In this document: in pieces, positions 18,794-27,651 of the stretch
How the letters are laid out: each line of letters starts with the position of its first letter
Numbering within the stretch: the stretch's first letter is position 1
Program-made: the position numbers and the translations under genes
From: Planctomycetota bacterium
Lineage (GTDB): Bacteria > Planctomycetota > Planctomycetia > Isosphaerales > Isosphaeraceae
DNA length: 64,000 nucleotides
Assembly (NCBI GenBank): GCA_021791715.1
Contig: JAJYWB010000009.1
Location: 41,272 to 105,271, forward strand
Reading direction: 5' to 3'
Notes under the pieces: generated by a model
Databases searched by the model: none
Told to the model about the DNA's origin: nothing
Seen by the model: only the letters and a program-made list of their open reading frames with translations

Positions 18794-20977
18794 ATGAGTT
18801 CGGCGCCTTCGCTAGCACCCGTCATGCCCGTCGGCCAGGCCGCGGAGGAGCTTGTCGTCAAGCTCCGTCCAGACCTCGTCGTCAGACCCCAGTTTTACGA
18901 GGGGATGACGCACTACGTGGTGAAAGATCCGATCGCGCTGAAATATTTTCGCTTCAAAATCGAAGAATATTTTTTGCTCGAGCAGTTTGACGGCAAGAAG
19001 TCGTTGCAAGACGTGAAGCGAGCGTTTGAGAAGAAATATCGCCCGCAGACGATCTCGGTCGAGGATCTCGTTCGGTTCGTTTCGCAATTGCACGAGGCGG
19101 GGATCGTTCAGCTCGATACCCCCGAGCAGGCGAAGGTGTTGATCGACCGTCGCCGCAAGCGATTCTGGAAGCAGATCGGTCAATTTTTCGCCAACATCTT
19201 ATATATCAAGATTCCCGTCTGCGACCCCGAACGACTGCTGACCTGGATGTACCCGTTTTTCCGCTGGATTTTTACGCCTTATTTCGTGGTCGCGAGTTTC
19301 GGGCTGATGTTCGCGGCTTTAACGCTGGTTTTCAGCCAGTGGTCGACGTTCGCATCGCGGCTCCCCAATTTTGAAAGCTTTTTTAATTGGCGCACGATTT
19401 TTTATTTTTGGACGAGCTTGGCGGTCGTGAAGGTGATTCACGAATTCGGCCACGGGCTGACGGCCAAGCATTACGGCGGCGAGGTTCACGAGATGGGCGC
19501 GCTGTTGCTCGTGCTCACCCCCGCGCTTTATTGCGACGTGACCGACAGTTGGCTTCTCCCCAATAAATGGCATCGCATCTGGATCTCGGCCGCGGGGATT
19601 TTCGTCGAATGTTTTCTGGCGAGCATCGCCACCTTTATTTGGTGGAACACCGAGCAGGGGCTGCTGAACAGCTTATCGTTAGCAACGATGTTCATATGCT
19701 CTGTTAACACGATCATGTTCAACGCGAATCCATTGTTGCGATACGACGGATATTACGTGATGGCCGACTGGCTTGAGATTCCCAATTTAAGGATCAAGAG
19801 CACGCAGTTTTTCAGTTATTTGTTTCAAGAGAAAGTTCTCGGGCTCGAGATTCCGGTGCAAAGTTATATGCCGCGATCGCGGCGGTTCTTGTTCGTGTTT
19901 TACGCGGTCGCGAGCTACCTGTATCGCTGGTTCGTCTCGTTCAGCATCATTTTTTTCCTGTACCGATTCCTCAAGCCGCACGGGCTCGGGTCGCTGAGCA
20001 TGTTGCTCGCGCTCGGCGCGCTCGTCCCCCTCGTCGGCATGCCTTTTTATCAAATGATCAAGTTTGCGAGAACTCCCGGGAGGCTGCGCAAGATGAAAAA
20101 AGGACGAACGTTCGCGTTCGTATCGGCCTGCGCGGCGTTGCTCGCCGCGATCATGCTGATCCCGACTCCGCTTCGCGTCCAGGGAACGCTGGTTCTCACG
20201 GTCGCCAAGCCGGCTCGGATTTACACCGAGATCCCCGGCCGGCTCGTCACTCTCAACGTGCGCGACGGCGATTGGGTGAAGAAAGACGCGGTGATCGCCA
20301 ATCTATCGAACCCGGAAAAGCAAATCGAACAGCGCGCCCAACAAGAGCTTTTCGACGCCAACATGGCCAAATACCGCTGGTTCGTCCGCGGCAGCGATCT
20401 CGCTTCACGCAAGGTCGCGATGCAATTCCTGGAACTCGCCAACAAACTCGAACCTTCGGTTGAAGAAATTAACAAGCAAGTGAATAGCTTAAATTTGATC
20501 GCTCCGCGCGAGGGGCGGGTGATCGGCCTTCCCGATTCCGACACCCTCGGCCAGTGGATCAAGCCCGATAAGCCCGTGTGCGAGGTCGGCGACCCGACCA
20601 AAATCGAGGCGCATTTGATTCTTGATCAGGGAGATATCGACCTGATCCGGGTCGGCAATGTCGCTCGCGTCAAGATCTACGGAGATTCGGAAACGACGTG
20701 GAAATCGAAGGTCGGAGAGATCGCCAAGCGAAACCGCGACGACATCCCTCCCGAACTGACGAGCAACGCCGGAGGCGAGATCGCCACCAAAAGCGACCCC
20801 AAGACGGGCCAGGCGAAACCCCTCTCGGCGGTTTACGAGGTGATCATCCCGATCGACAACCCCGAACAGATCCTTCATCCCGGCCAGCGCGGCTTCGCCA
20901 AGATCGACGGCGGCACGCATCGCCTTGGCTGGTGGCTCTGGCGGGTCGTCGCCAAAACGTTCCACTTCACGCTCTAA
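18794..20977 (+). CDS. three-part fusion: PqqD-like (RRE-like) N-domain + M50-like intramembrane metalloprotease core (HEFGH) + C-terminal HlyD-like adaptor domain
   Basis: N-terminus 'YVVKDPIALKYFRFKIEEYFLLEQFDGKKSLQDVKRAFEKKY...EDLVRFVSQLHEAGIV' is PqqD-like. Polytopic membrane region with 'VIHEFGHGLTAKHYGG' (HExxH). C-terminus 'LVLTVAKPARIYTEIPGRLVTLNVRDGDWVKKDAVIANL...IAPREGRVIGLP...VARVKI' has HlyD biotin-lipoyl/beta-barrel blocks. Confidence 0.65.
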   Translation: MSSAPSLAPVMPVGQAAEELVVKLRPDLVVRPQFYEGMTHYVVKDPIALKYFRFKIEEYFLLEQFDGKKSLQDVKRAFEKKYRPQTISVEDLVRFVSQLHEAGIVQLDTPEQAKVLIDRRRKRFWKQIGQFFANILYIKIPVCDPERLLTWMYPFFRWIFTPYFVVASFGLMFAALTLVFSQWSTFASRLPNFESFFNWRTIFYFWTSLAVVKVIHEFGHGLTAKHYGGEVHEMGALLLVLTPALYCDVTDSWLLPNKWHRIWISAAGIFVECFLASIATFIWWNTEQGLLNSLSLATMFICSVNTIMFNANPLLRYDGYYVMADWLEIPNLRIKSTQFFSYLFQEKVLGLEIPVQSYMPRSRRFLFVFYAVASYLYRWFVSFSIIFFLYRFLKPHGLGSLSMLLALGALVPLVGMPFYQMIKFARTPGRLRKMKKGRTFAFVSACAALLAAIMLIPTPLRVQGTLVLTVAKPARIYTEIPGRLVTLNVRDGDWVKKDAVIANLSNPEKQIEQRAQQELFDANMAKYRWFVRGSDLASRKVAMQFLELANKLEPSVEEINKQVNSLNLIAPREGRVIGLPDSDTLGQWIKPDKPVCEVGDPTKIEAHLILDQGDIDLIRVGNVARVKIYGDSETTWKSKVGEIAKRNRDDIPPELTSNAGGEIATKSDPKTGQAKPLSAVYEVIIPIDNPEQILHPGQRGFAKIDGGTHRLGWWLWRVVAKTFHFTL

Positions 20978-21080
20978 AACCTTTTGTAACTTGATTTAAG
21001 GTCTATTAGAACGCGGGCGGCGCGCGAAAACGATCGTTCAAAACGCGGTTATCGCGCCGCTCTTTAGAACCGGAAGTCGA

Positions 21081-21098
21081 TTCGGGCTTAAGCCCGAA
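21081..21098. terminator. palindromic hairpin between convergent genes (possible bidirectional terminator)
   Basis: ttcgggc-ttaa-gcccgaa: perfect 7-bp stem with 4-nt loop, between the + strand HlyD-M50 gene end (20977) and the - strand tRNA end (21170). No T-run, so weak. Confidence 0.3.
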
Positions 21099-21169
21099 GG
21101 ATCATGATTGAAGTTTCCGCTCGCGAATGAACTTCTCGCGCGGCATGTCATTCAAAGCAACAACAGAAG

Positions 21170-21243
21170 GGTGGGTGACGGGATTTGAACCCGCGATATC
21201 CAGATCCACAATCTGGCGCCTTAACCGCTAGGCCACACCCACC
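21170..21243 (-). tRNA. tRNA-His (anticodon GTG) with genomically encoded G-1; CCA not encoded
   Basis: Reverse complement reads G-GTGGGTG-TG-GCCT-AGCGGTTA-AGGC-G-CCAGA-TTGTGGA-TCTGG-ATATC-GCGGG-TTCAAAT-CCCGT-CACCCAC-C. Cloverleaf holds. Anticodon loop TTGTGGA has GTG in the anticodon position. The extra 5' G pairs with discriminator C. Confidence 0.9.
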
Positions 21244-21831
21244 GTAACGTTCGGGCGATTATAAAACCGCCGTGATTCGGACGTCAAGCGATCCGAGAAG
21301 GTTCACGAAAGAGAGCCGCCCGTAAGTTAACGCATCCTGACCGAAAGCCGACCGACCGACCGAATCACCTTAAAATACACACACCAAAATCACCTAAAGA
21401 ACATGCTTATTCAAATGATATTACGGAGAGTCGAGTTCCTCGCGCCTACCGGTCCACACGCCCGCGACAAGAACGGCCGCGGCGATCGAACAAACAGGTT
21501 CCTTGCGATTCGGCGCGGGGTTCGCCCAAACGAATCGCCCGACGACCGTTCGGCGATTTCTCGCGCGAGTTCATCGGCGATTCGGCGAGGGTTTCGTTCG
21601 AGAAAAACGCGTTCGAGGGAAATGTTTTCGTGGGAATCATTGAGTGGAGACACGCGAGATTCCTACGAGCGAATCGTTATGAATTACGCGACAAGCCCGG
21701 GACGACTTTGGAATCGATCTTGCGAAACCGAACGTGATGTCGATTTAATGGATTCACGCAAGCAAATCGGCGATGTCCGCGCGGATCGCTCTCGACCCCT
21801 TCGGCGCGGCCGGTTTCTGGAGGCTCCGGGC

Positions 21832-24060
21832 ATGTCGGTGCTGTTCACGATGATCGTCGCGGCGACGACGGCCTCGGCGCAATTGCCCGAGACGTCGAGG
21901 ATCGACTGGCGACCGTTCAAATCATCGCTCGGCAACTTCCGCGTCGTTCTCCCCGATTTTCCCGATGAATCGATCCGCACGATCGATTCGATCGACGGCG
22001 AGGTCGACGAGTTCGTCTATTCGTGCACGCTGGGCTGGAAACGCTATTTCGTCCGGTATTACGATCGTCCCTCGACCGCCCCTAGACGCGCGCCGGGATC
22101 GGTTCTTGATTCGGTTTACAAGCGGATGCTCGACGATCTTCAGGGGAAGATCGTCAAGCAAACCGACGTCGTCATATCGGGACATCCCGCACGCGAATAT
22201 ACGATCGAGGCGCCGACGACGTTACCGGGCGTTTTGATCGTCGTCCACGGGAGAATCCTCGTCGTCGATCGACGGGTTTATCAAGTACAAACTTCCGCAT
22301 ATAAATCGAGATGGAAAGGCGAGGACGGTACCGACGTCGTGTATTTCACGTCGTTCAAGCTGATCAATCCGCCTCCGCCTCCCGAGATTGTCGCGCCCAA
22401 GCCTTCGGATACGACGATCGACGACGACGAGGGGTCGGGAGGGCTCGCGGTTTCTCCCGCGCCCAAGCGACCGAGCTTGAATCGGCCGAGCGTCGCGGTG
22501 ATCACGCCTCCGCCTCGAAGCCCGACGATCCCGCGGCGATCGGTCCCGCGCGATCTCGCCGCCAATACCAAAGCGATCGAGCTCGATCGTCCGCGCGCGC
22601 CCAAATCGACCCGAACCGCCGCGACGCCCAAAGACGCCGCGTTCAAAAAGCTCGCGACCGAGGGGCCGCTCAAGGGCTGGAAGGCGTTCCGCTCGGCCGA
22701 AATCGGTTTTCGCGTCTACTTTCCCGAATCCCCCGAACGATCCGAGAAAAAATTCCCGTTCGCAGGCAAACCGACGATCTTCGCCAAATACTCGGTCGAA
22801 TCGCTCGCGGCGCCCACGTGCTTCGTCGTTCACGCCGATCTTACGGGCGAAGCGGCGAAATTATCTAAAAAAGAAATTATCGATAAATTTATTGATGAAT
22901 TTATCAAGCCTCCCGCGAAGCAGGTCGTCGACGAGAACGCGACCGATCGAGTCGTCGCGGGTTCGCGCGAGGTCGTTTATGAAACGAAAGATCTCGAAAC
23001 GGGCGAGGCGATCGCTCGGTCGCGGATGCTGGTCGCGGTTACATCGACCGATCTCTTCGCGATCGGCGTTTCAACCCCCGCCGACGGCTTTCGTGAGGAT
23101 CTCGCGCGAGCTTATCTCGATTCTTTTGAACTGATCGAACGTTCGCCGAAACTCGCGGCTCGATCGAGCGATTCCAAACGAAAAACCGCCGATTCGCCCG
23201 CCGAACCGATTCGACCCGCTCCCTCCGCGGCATCAAGCCGAACCGGGGCGAAGGCGAAGGCGATGCGGCCCGACCCTCCCGCGGAATCGGCGAAACAAGC
23301 CGATAGCGATCGACCTGGACGATCACCGGCGGCCGCACAGGCGTCAAACGCGATCAAAACCTCCGATAAGGCGGATCAGACTGAGGCGATCGCCGCGAAC
23401 GAATCCAAAACCGCCGATCAGGCGAATCCCACTGAGATGAAGCCCGCGAACGGAACCAAAACCGCCGATCAGGCGAATCCGCCCGACTCCCGGAAAGCGA
23501 CGACGACGATCCCCTCGGGAGAAAAACCGAACGATAAGCCGATACCCGCGGGTGAAAAAGCGAACGATAAGCCGATACCCGCGGGATTCCGGCTCTTCAC
23601 CTCGCAAGATCCGCCGTTCCACATCCTCTTTCCAGGAGAGCCCAAAACGACCGTGAAGGAAGAACCGATCGCGGCGGGCGAAGGCGCCAAACCCGCGACC
23701 AAAACCACCAGGGTGTTTAAAGCCTCGGTCGGTTCGGTCGAATATCGAGTTTATGTGAATGAATATTCTTACGATCTTAATATTGATCAACCCGACGAAT
23801 ATTTTGATCAGGCGAAAAAAGCGTCGACGAACTCGAATCTGGTCGAACTCGTCGGCGAGGCGCCCGTCCGGAGCGGCGAGATCCCCGGTCGCGAGTTTCG
23901 CCTCGACGTGAAGATTCCAGGCGCGGAAACGACTCTCAAAACAAAACAACGCATTTATTTAACAAAAAGACGTGATTACCGAGTGATGGTTTCGGCGCCC
24001 GATTCCGCCGACGCGTTCGAGAAGAACGATTTCTTTCTCGATTCGTTCACGATTGAATGA
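21832..24060 (+). CDS. secreted hypothetical protein, Pro-rich with short tandem peptide repeats
   Basis: GGAGG 8 bp upstream of the ATG at 21832. Signal MSVLFTMIVAATTASAQL. Repeats 'EKPNDKPIPAG/EKANDKPIPAG' and 'KTADQANP' x2. Long low-complexity Pro/Ala/Ser regions. The ORF-track start at 21403 is probably too far upstream. Confidence 0.5.
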   Translation: MSVLFTMIVAATTASAQLPETSRIDWRPFKSSLGNFRVVLPDFPDESIRTIDSIDGEVDEFVYSCTLGWKRYFVRYYDRPSTAPRRAPGSVLDSVYKRMLDDLQGKIVKQTDVVISGHPAREYTIEAPTTLPGVLIVVHGRILVVDRRVYQVQTSAYKSRWKGEDGTDVVYFTSFKLINPPPPPEIVAPKPSDTTIDDDEGSGGLAVSPAPKRPSLNRPSVAVITPPPRSPTIPRRSVPRDLAANTKAIELDRPRAPKSTRTAATPKDAAFKKLATEGPLKGWKAFRSAEIGFRVYFPESPERSEKKFPFAGKPTIFAKYSVESLAAPTCFVVHADLTGEAAKLSKKEIIDKFIDEFIKPPAKQVVDENATDRVVAGSREVVYETKDLETGEAIARSRMLVAVTSTDLFAIGVSTPADGFREDLARAYLDSFELIERSPKLAARSSDSKRKTADSPAEPIRPAPSAASSRTGAKAKAMRPDPPAESAKQADSDRPGRSPAAAQASNAIKTSDKADQTEAIAANESKTADQANPTEMKPANGTKTADQANPPDSRKATTTIPSGEKPNDKPIPAGEKANDKPIPAGFRLFTSQDPPFHILFPGEPKTTVKEEPIAAGEGAKPATKTTRVFKASVGSVEYRVYVNEYSYDLNIDQPDEYFDQAKKASTNSNLVELVGEAPVRSGEIPGREFRLDVKIPGAETTLKTKQRIYLTKRRDYRVMVSAPDSADAFEKNDFFLDSFTIE

Positions 24061-24251
24061 ATGGCCCCGACCGCGGGACGAATCTCACACGGTTCGGGCG
24101 AGATCGTTCTCGCGTCGATCGTCGAAGTTGGTAAACGTGCCGACCGCGGGACGATTCAACCCGGTTGTGTTAAAATCGGTTCGATCGGGTCGCCGAAGAC
24201 GCGCGGCTTGGAGGTCGACCTCCCAATAACTTCATATGGATATCAATACCA

Positions 24252-25625
24252 GTGAGCGGAATGAGGATTGAAAGCGTATCGGGGATTCGAGGGATTGTGG
24301 GCGACGGTTTCGACCCGATCGTCGCGGCGGGGTTTACCGCGGCGTACGCGTCGACGTTGGCGCCGGGTCCGATCGTCGTCGGCCACGACGGCCGCGTATC
24401 GGCCGATCTCTTTTCGAAAGCCGTGCTTTCCGCGGTCGTCGCCTCGGGGCGAGACGCGCTTTGGGCGGGGGCGGTCGCCACGCCGACGCTCGGAGTGCTC
24501 GTCCGCGATCTCGCCGCGAGCGGCGGAATTCAGATCTCGGCGTCGCACAATCCGCCCCGCTACAATGGACTCAAGTTCTTTCAACCCAAGGGGATGGTGC
24601 TAAGCCCCGCGATGGGCAAGGCGGTGATCGACGCGTTTCATCAACATCCGCCGCGCTGGTCGAAATGGGACGAACTTGGGTCGATTCAACCGATCGACGA
24701 CCCCGACCGCGATCATCTGAACGCGATTCTCGCGGTTGTCGACGCCTCGGCGATTCAATCAAGGCGCTTCCGGGTATTGGTCGACGCGTGCCACGGCGCC
24801 GGGGGTCGCCCCGCGGCGTCTCTTTTAAGAGCCCTCGGCTGCGAATTCGAGATCGTGGGAGCGAACCCCGACGGTCGCTACGATCATCCCCCCGAGCCGA
24901 CCGAAGAGAATTTGCGAGGCTTCGCCGAACAGGTCGTCGCTCACGGCGCGGCGATCGGTTTCGCTCAAGATCCGGACGCCGATCGGCTCGCGATCGTCGA
25001 CGAAACGGGACGGTATATCGGCGAGGAACTGACGCTCGCGCTCGCCGCTCTGCGCAGGCTCGATCAAGATCTGGGACCGATCGTCGTCAATTTATCAACG
25101 TCGCGCGTCGTCGAAGATCTGGCGAAGAGCAGGGGGCTCGTCACGCATCGAACTCCCGTCGGCGAAATCCACGTCGTCGAGCGCATGATCGCCGAACGCG
25201 CGCTGTTGGGAGGGGAAGGCAACGGCGGCGTGATCGACCCCCGCGTCGGCCACGTGCGCGACGGTTTCGTCGCCATGGCGCTCGTCCTCGACCTGATGGC
25301 GGCGCGGCGCGAACCGATCTCGAAAATCGTCGACTCATTACCACATTACTATATGATTAAAGAAAAACATAACTTGACAACTTTTGAGCGTTCGGGCGTG
25401 AGTTCCGCGGCGCGGTTTGATCGACTCGCGGAGCTGTTTCCGGACGCGCGGATCGACCGCCGCGACGGGATTCGGCTCGATTGGGACGACCGCTGGGTGC
25501 AGGCGCGGGCGAGCAATACCGAGCCGATCGCGCGGGTGATCGCCGAGGCGCGCGACCGAGAAACCGCGGCCGAACTGGCTCGGAAGGTCGGCGCGGCGTT
25601 GACCTCGAACGGAGGGTCGATATGA
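24252..25625 (+). CDS. alpha-D-phosphohexomutase (phosphoglucosamine mutase / phosphomannomutase family)
   Basis: 'SGIRGIVGDGFDP' N-terminal block. Active-site 'ISASHNPPRYNGLKF' phosphoserine loop. Metal-binding 'GFAQDPDADRLAI' (DxDxDR). Sugar-binding 'GGEGNGG'. Confidence 0.8.
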   Translation: MSGMRIESVSGIRGIVGDGFDPIVAAGFTAAYASTLAPGPIVVGHDGRVSADLFSKAVLSAVVASGRDALWAGAVATPTLGVLVRDLAASGGIQISASHNPPRYNGLKFFQPKGMVLSPAMGKAVIDAFHQHPPRWSKWDELGSIQPIDDPDRDHLNAILAVVDASAIQSRRFRVLVDACHGAGGRPAASLLRALGCEFEIVGANPDGRYDHPPEPTEENLRGFAEQVVAHGAAIGFAQDPDADRLAIVDETGRYIGEELTLALAALRRLDQDLGPIVVNLSTSRVVEDLAKSRGLVTHRTPVGEIHVVERMIAERALLGGEGNGGVIDPRVGHVRDGFVAMALVLDLMAARREPISKIVDSLPHYYMIKEKHNLTTFERSGVSSAARFDRLAELFPDARIDRRDGIRLDWDDRWVQARASNTEPIARVIAEARDRETAAELARKVGAALTSNGGSI

Positions 25626-26326
25626 GAGAATGGCCCGTCTTCGAGAAACCTCCCGCGATCGCCTTCGTCGACGTCGACGGCACGCTTTTGGCGGAAACGA
25701 CGACGTATCTCTTCGCGCGAATCATGCGACGGCGGGGGTTGATTCGACGTTCGTTTATCCTTCGGGCGATGTACCACGGATTACAGCATCGCTTCGGCCG
25801 GCTTGATTACGGCCGGCTGGTCGCTTTCGGTCTCAGAAGCATCGCGCGGATCCCCGTCGTCGAGCTCGAACGGATCGCTTACGAAAGCTTTGTTGAGAAC
25901 GTTAAGCCTCGGCTTTACCTCGGCGCGGTCGAGCATATGAACGCGATGCGCGAGGCGGGGACTGCGGTCGTTCTCGTTTCGTCGTCGCCTCGGATCGTGA
26001 TCGAGCCGCTCGCGATCTATTTGGGGTGCGCCGATGTTTTAACGACTCCGGTGGTGATTCAACGGGGCCGATTGATCGGAACAGGGCAGGGGCCGCCGTG
26101 TTACGGCGAGGGAAAGCTCTATTGGGCCGAGCGTTGGGCGGAGGAGCGAGGGATTTCGATGGACGAAACCGTCGCTTACGCGGATAATTGGAGTGATCGA
26201 TCGCTTTTGGAACGCGTGGGTCGCGCGATCGTCGTTCATCCGCATCGCAAGCTCAGAAGGCTCGCCAAAAAACGAGGCTGGTTGATTATCCGTCCGCGTC
26301 GACCTAGACTTAGGTCGGTACGATGA
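25622..26326 (+). CDS. HAD-IB family hydrolase (phosphoserine-phosphatase-like)
   Basis: 'IAFVDVDGTLL' (DxDGT motif I). Later 'VVLVSSSP' (motif II) and a K...(G)D(N) motif III region. ATG overlaps the upstream stop (ATGA). Confidence 0.7.
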   Translation: MREWPVFEKPPAIAFVDVDGTLLAETTTYLFARIMRRRGLIRRSFILRAMYHGLQHRFGRLDYGRLVAFGLRSIARIPVVELERIAYESFVENVKPRLYLGAVEHMNAMREAGTAVVLVSSSPRIVIEPLAIYLGCADVLTTPVVIQRGRLIGTGQGPPCYGEGKLYWAERWAEERGISMDETVAYADNWSDRSLLERVGRAIVVHPHRKLRRLAKKRGWLIIRPRRPRLRSVR

Positions 26327-26476
26327 GAATAACCGGCGCCCGCCGAACTGAAAACGTGTGTGTTAAAGCGTGGAACCGACGGGCGAGTTATAGTCGAAAC
26401 GACGTCCGATATCCAAGAGAAACGCAAGCGGACTTAACAGGAAAGCATTCTTCGCACGTACGAGGGATGATGAGTC

Positions 26477-27130
26477 ATGCAAGACGAGATTCAGGACAAT
26501 CCATCACAGCGCAAACCGAGCGTCAGCCCGACGGCGATCGCGATCGTCATGGGATTGGCCGCTCTCACCGCGTCGGCGAGCGAAACCGATCTGGTTCGCG
26601 ATATCCAACGTTACTGCGCGGTCTGTTGGCGAAACGCGCGGCTCGATCCCGGTCTTTGGGACGATTGCACGCAAGAGGTTTGCTGTCGATTGCTCACCAA
26701 GGCGCGATCGGGAGCGCTCGATCTGAACCTCGTGCTCGCCGAGGACAGCTCCGAACGCCGCGAGCTTGTGCGGGCGATCGACACGGTGCGCAAGCGTGTT
26801 CAACGTTCCAAGAAATATCAACCTTTTGACGAAAGGCTCGCCCCCGGCGACGATCGCGAGTCGAAGGCTCGATACCGGCAAGAATTGGGCGAAATCCTCG
26901 AGGCGGCCCGCCGAGCCGTTTTGACTCCCCGCCAGGATCGGATCGTCGAACTTTGGACCCGCGGTTGGAACGTCGCCGAAATCGGCGGCGAGCTCGATCT
27001 TTCGGTCGCCCGCGTGAGCGACGAAAAATACAAGGCGTTGCGCAAGCTCGAACGGCATCTCGCCGATCGACGCGACGAGTTCGATCTCGCCGCTCCCGCG
27101 AACGACGACGAGCTTCTCCACGTCGGCTAA
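26477..27130 (+). CDS. RNA polymerase sigma factor, ECF-like (sigma-70 regions 2 and 4)
   Basis: Region 4 HTH 'LTPRQDRIVELWTRGWNVAEIGGELDLSVARVSDEKYKALRKL'. Region 2-like 'DLVRDIQRYCAVCWRN...EVCCRLL'. Confidence 0.65.
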   Translation: MQDEIQDNPSQRKPSVSPTAIAIVMGLAALTASASETDLVRDIQRYCAVCWRNARLDPGLWDDCTQEVCCRLLTKARSGALDLNLVLAEDSSERRELVRAIDTVRKRVQRSKKYQPFDERLAPGDDRESKARYRQELGEILEAARRAVLTPRQDRIVELWTRGWNVAEIGGELDLSVARVSDEKYKALRKLERHLADRRDEFDLAAPANDDELLHVG

Positions 27131-27185
27131 AATCGACCGGCGTAAGAATTCATCACTCCCAAACAAGCTTTCATCCAAGGGTTTT

Positions 27186-27617
27186 TTGATGGGAGAAGCC
27201 GTCGTCTTCGAGCACACCGCCGACCTTGGGCTGAGGATCGTCGGCCGCGATTTGGCGGATCTCTTTGAATCGGCGGCGCGGGGATTGATCGCGGTGATCG
27301 TCGCCGATCCCACGACGATCGAGCCTCGCCTTGAAGAGAGTGTGAAGCTCGCCGATCAGTCGCTCGAAGGGCTGATGGCGAGCTGGTTGAACGAGCTGAT
27401 CTTTCGCGTCGAAACGCGGCGACACGTCTACGCGTCGTTTCAGGTCGAGGTAAAGACTTCGCCCGACGAATCGACGCTCGAGGGCCGAATCGCGGGCGAG
27501 CCGATCGACCGCTCGCGGCATCAAATGGATCACGAGGTCAAGGCGGCGACGCGTCATCAACTCGTCGTCGAACGAACCGCCGACGGCTGGACCGCCGAAA
27601 TCATCGTGGATATCTAA
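27186..27617 (+). CDS. archease
   Basis: Family signature 'FEHTADLGLRIVG..LADLFESAARGL' at the N-terminus and a C-terminus ending '...WTAEIIVDI'. ~140 aa, as expected. Confidence 0.75.
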   Translation: MMGEAVVFEHTADLGLRIVGRDLADLFESAARGLIAVIVADPTTIEPRLEESVKLADQSLEGLMASWLNELIFRVETRRHVYASFQVEVKTSPDESTLEGRIAGEPIDRSRHQMDHEVKAATRHQLVVERTADGWTAEIIVDI

Positions 27618-27651
27618 ATAACTATTAAATAATCATTAATGATAAATCAGC

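Noticed and set aside
15544-18861. 1105-aa minus-strand ORF spanning the whole HlyD cluster
   Set aside because: Antisense to three well-supported + strand genes. Arg/Asp-rich low-complexity translation typical of open antisense frames in high-GC DNA. No domain signal.
24461-25360. 299-aa Arg-rich alternative-frame ORF inside the phosphohexomutase gene
   Set aside because: Poly-Arg/Ser composition from a shifted GC-rich frame. The phosphohexomutase frame carries all catalytic motifs.
26504-27313. 269-aa minus-strand ORF overlapping the ECF sigma factor and archease starts
   Set aside because: Antisense to two genes with clear family signatures. No motifs of its own.
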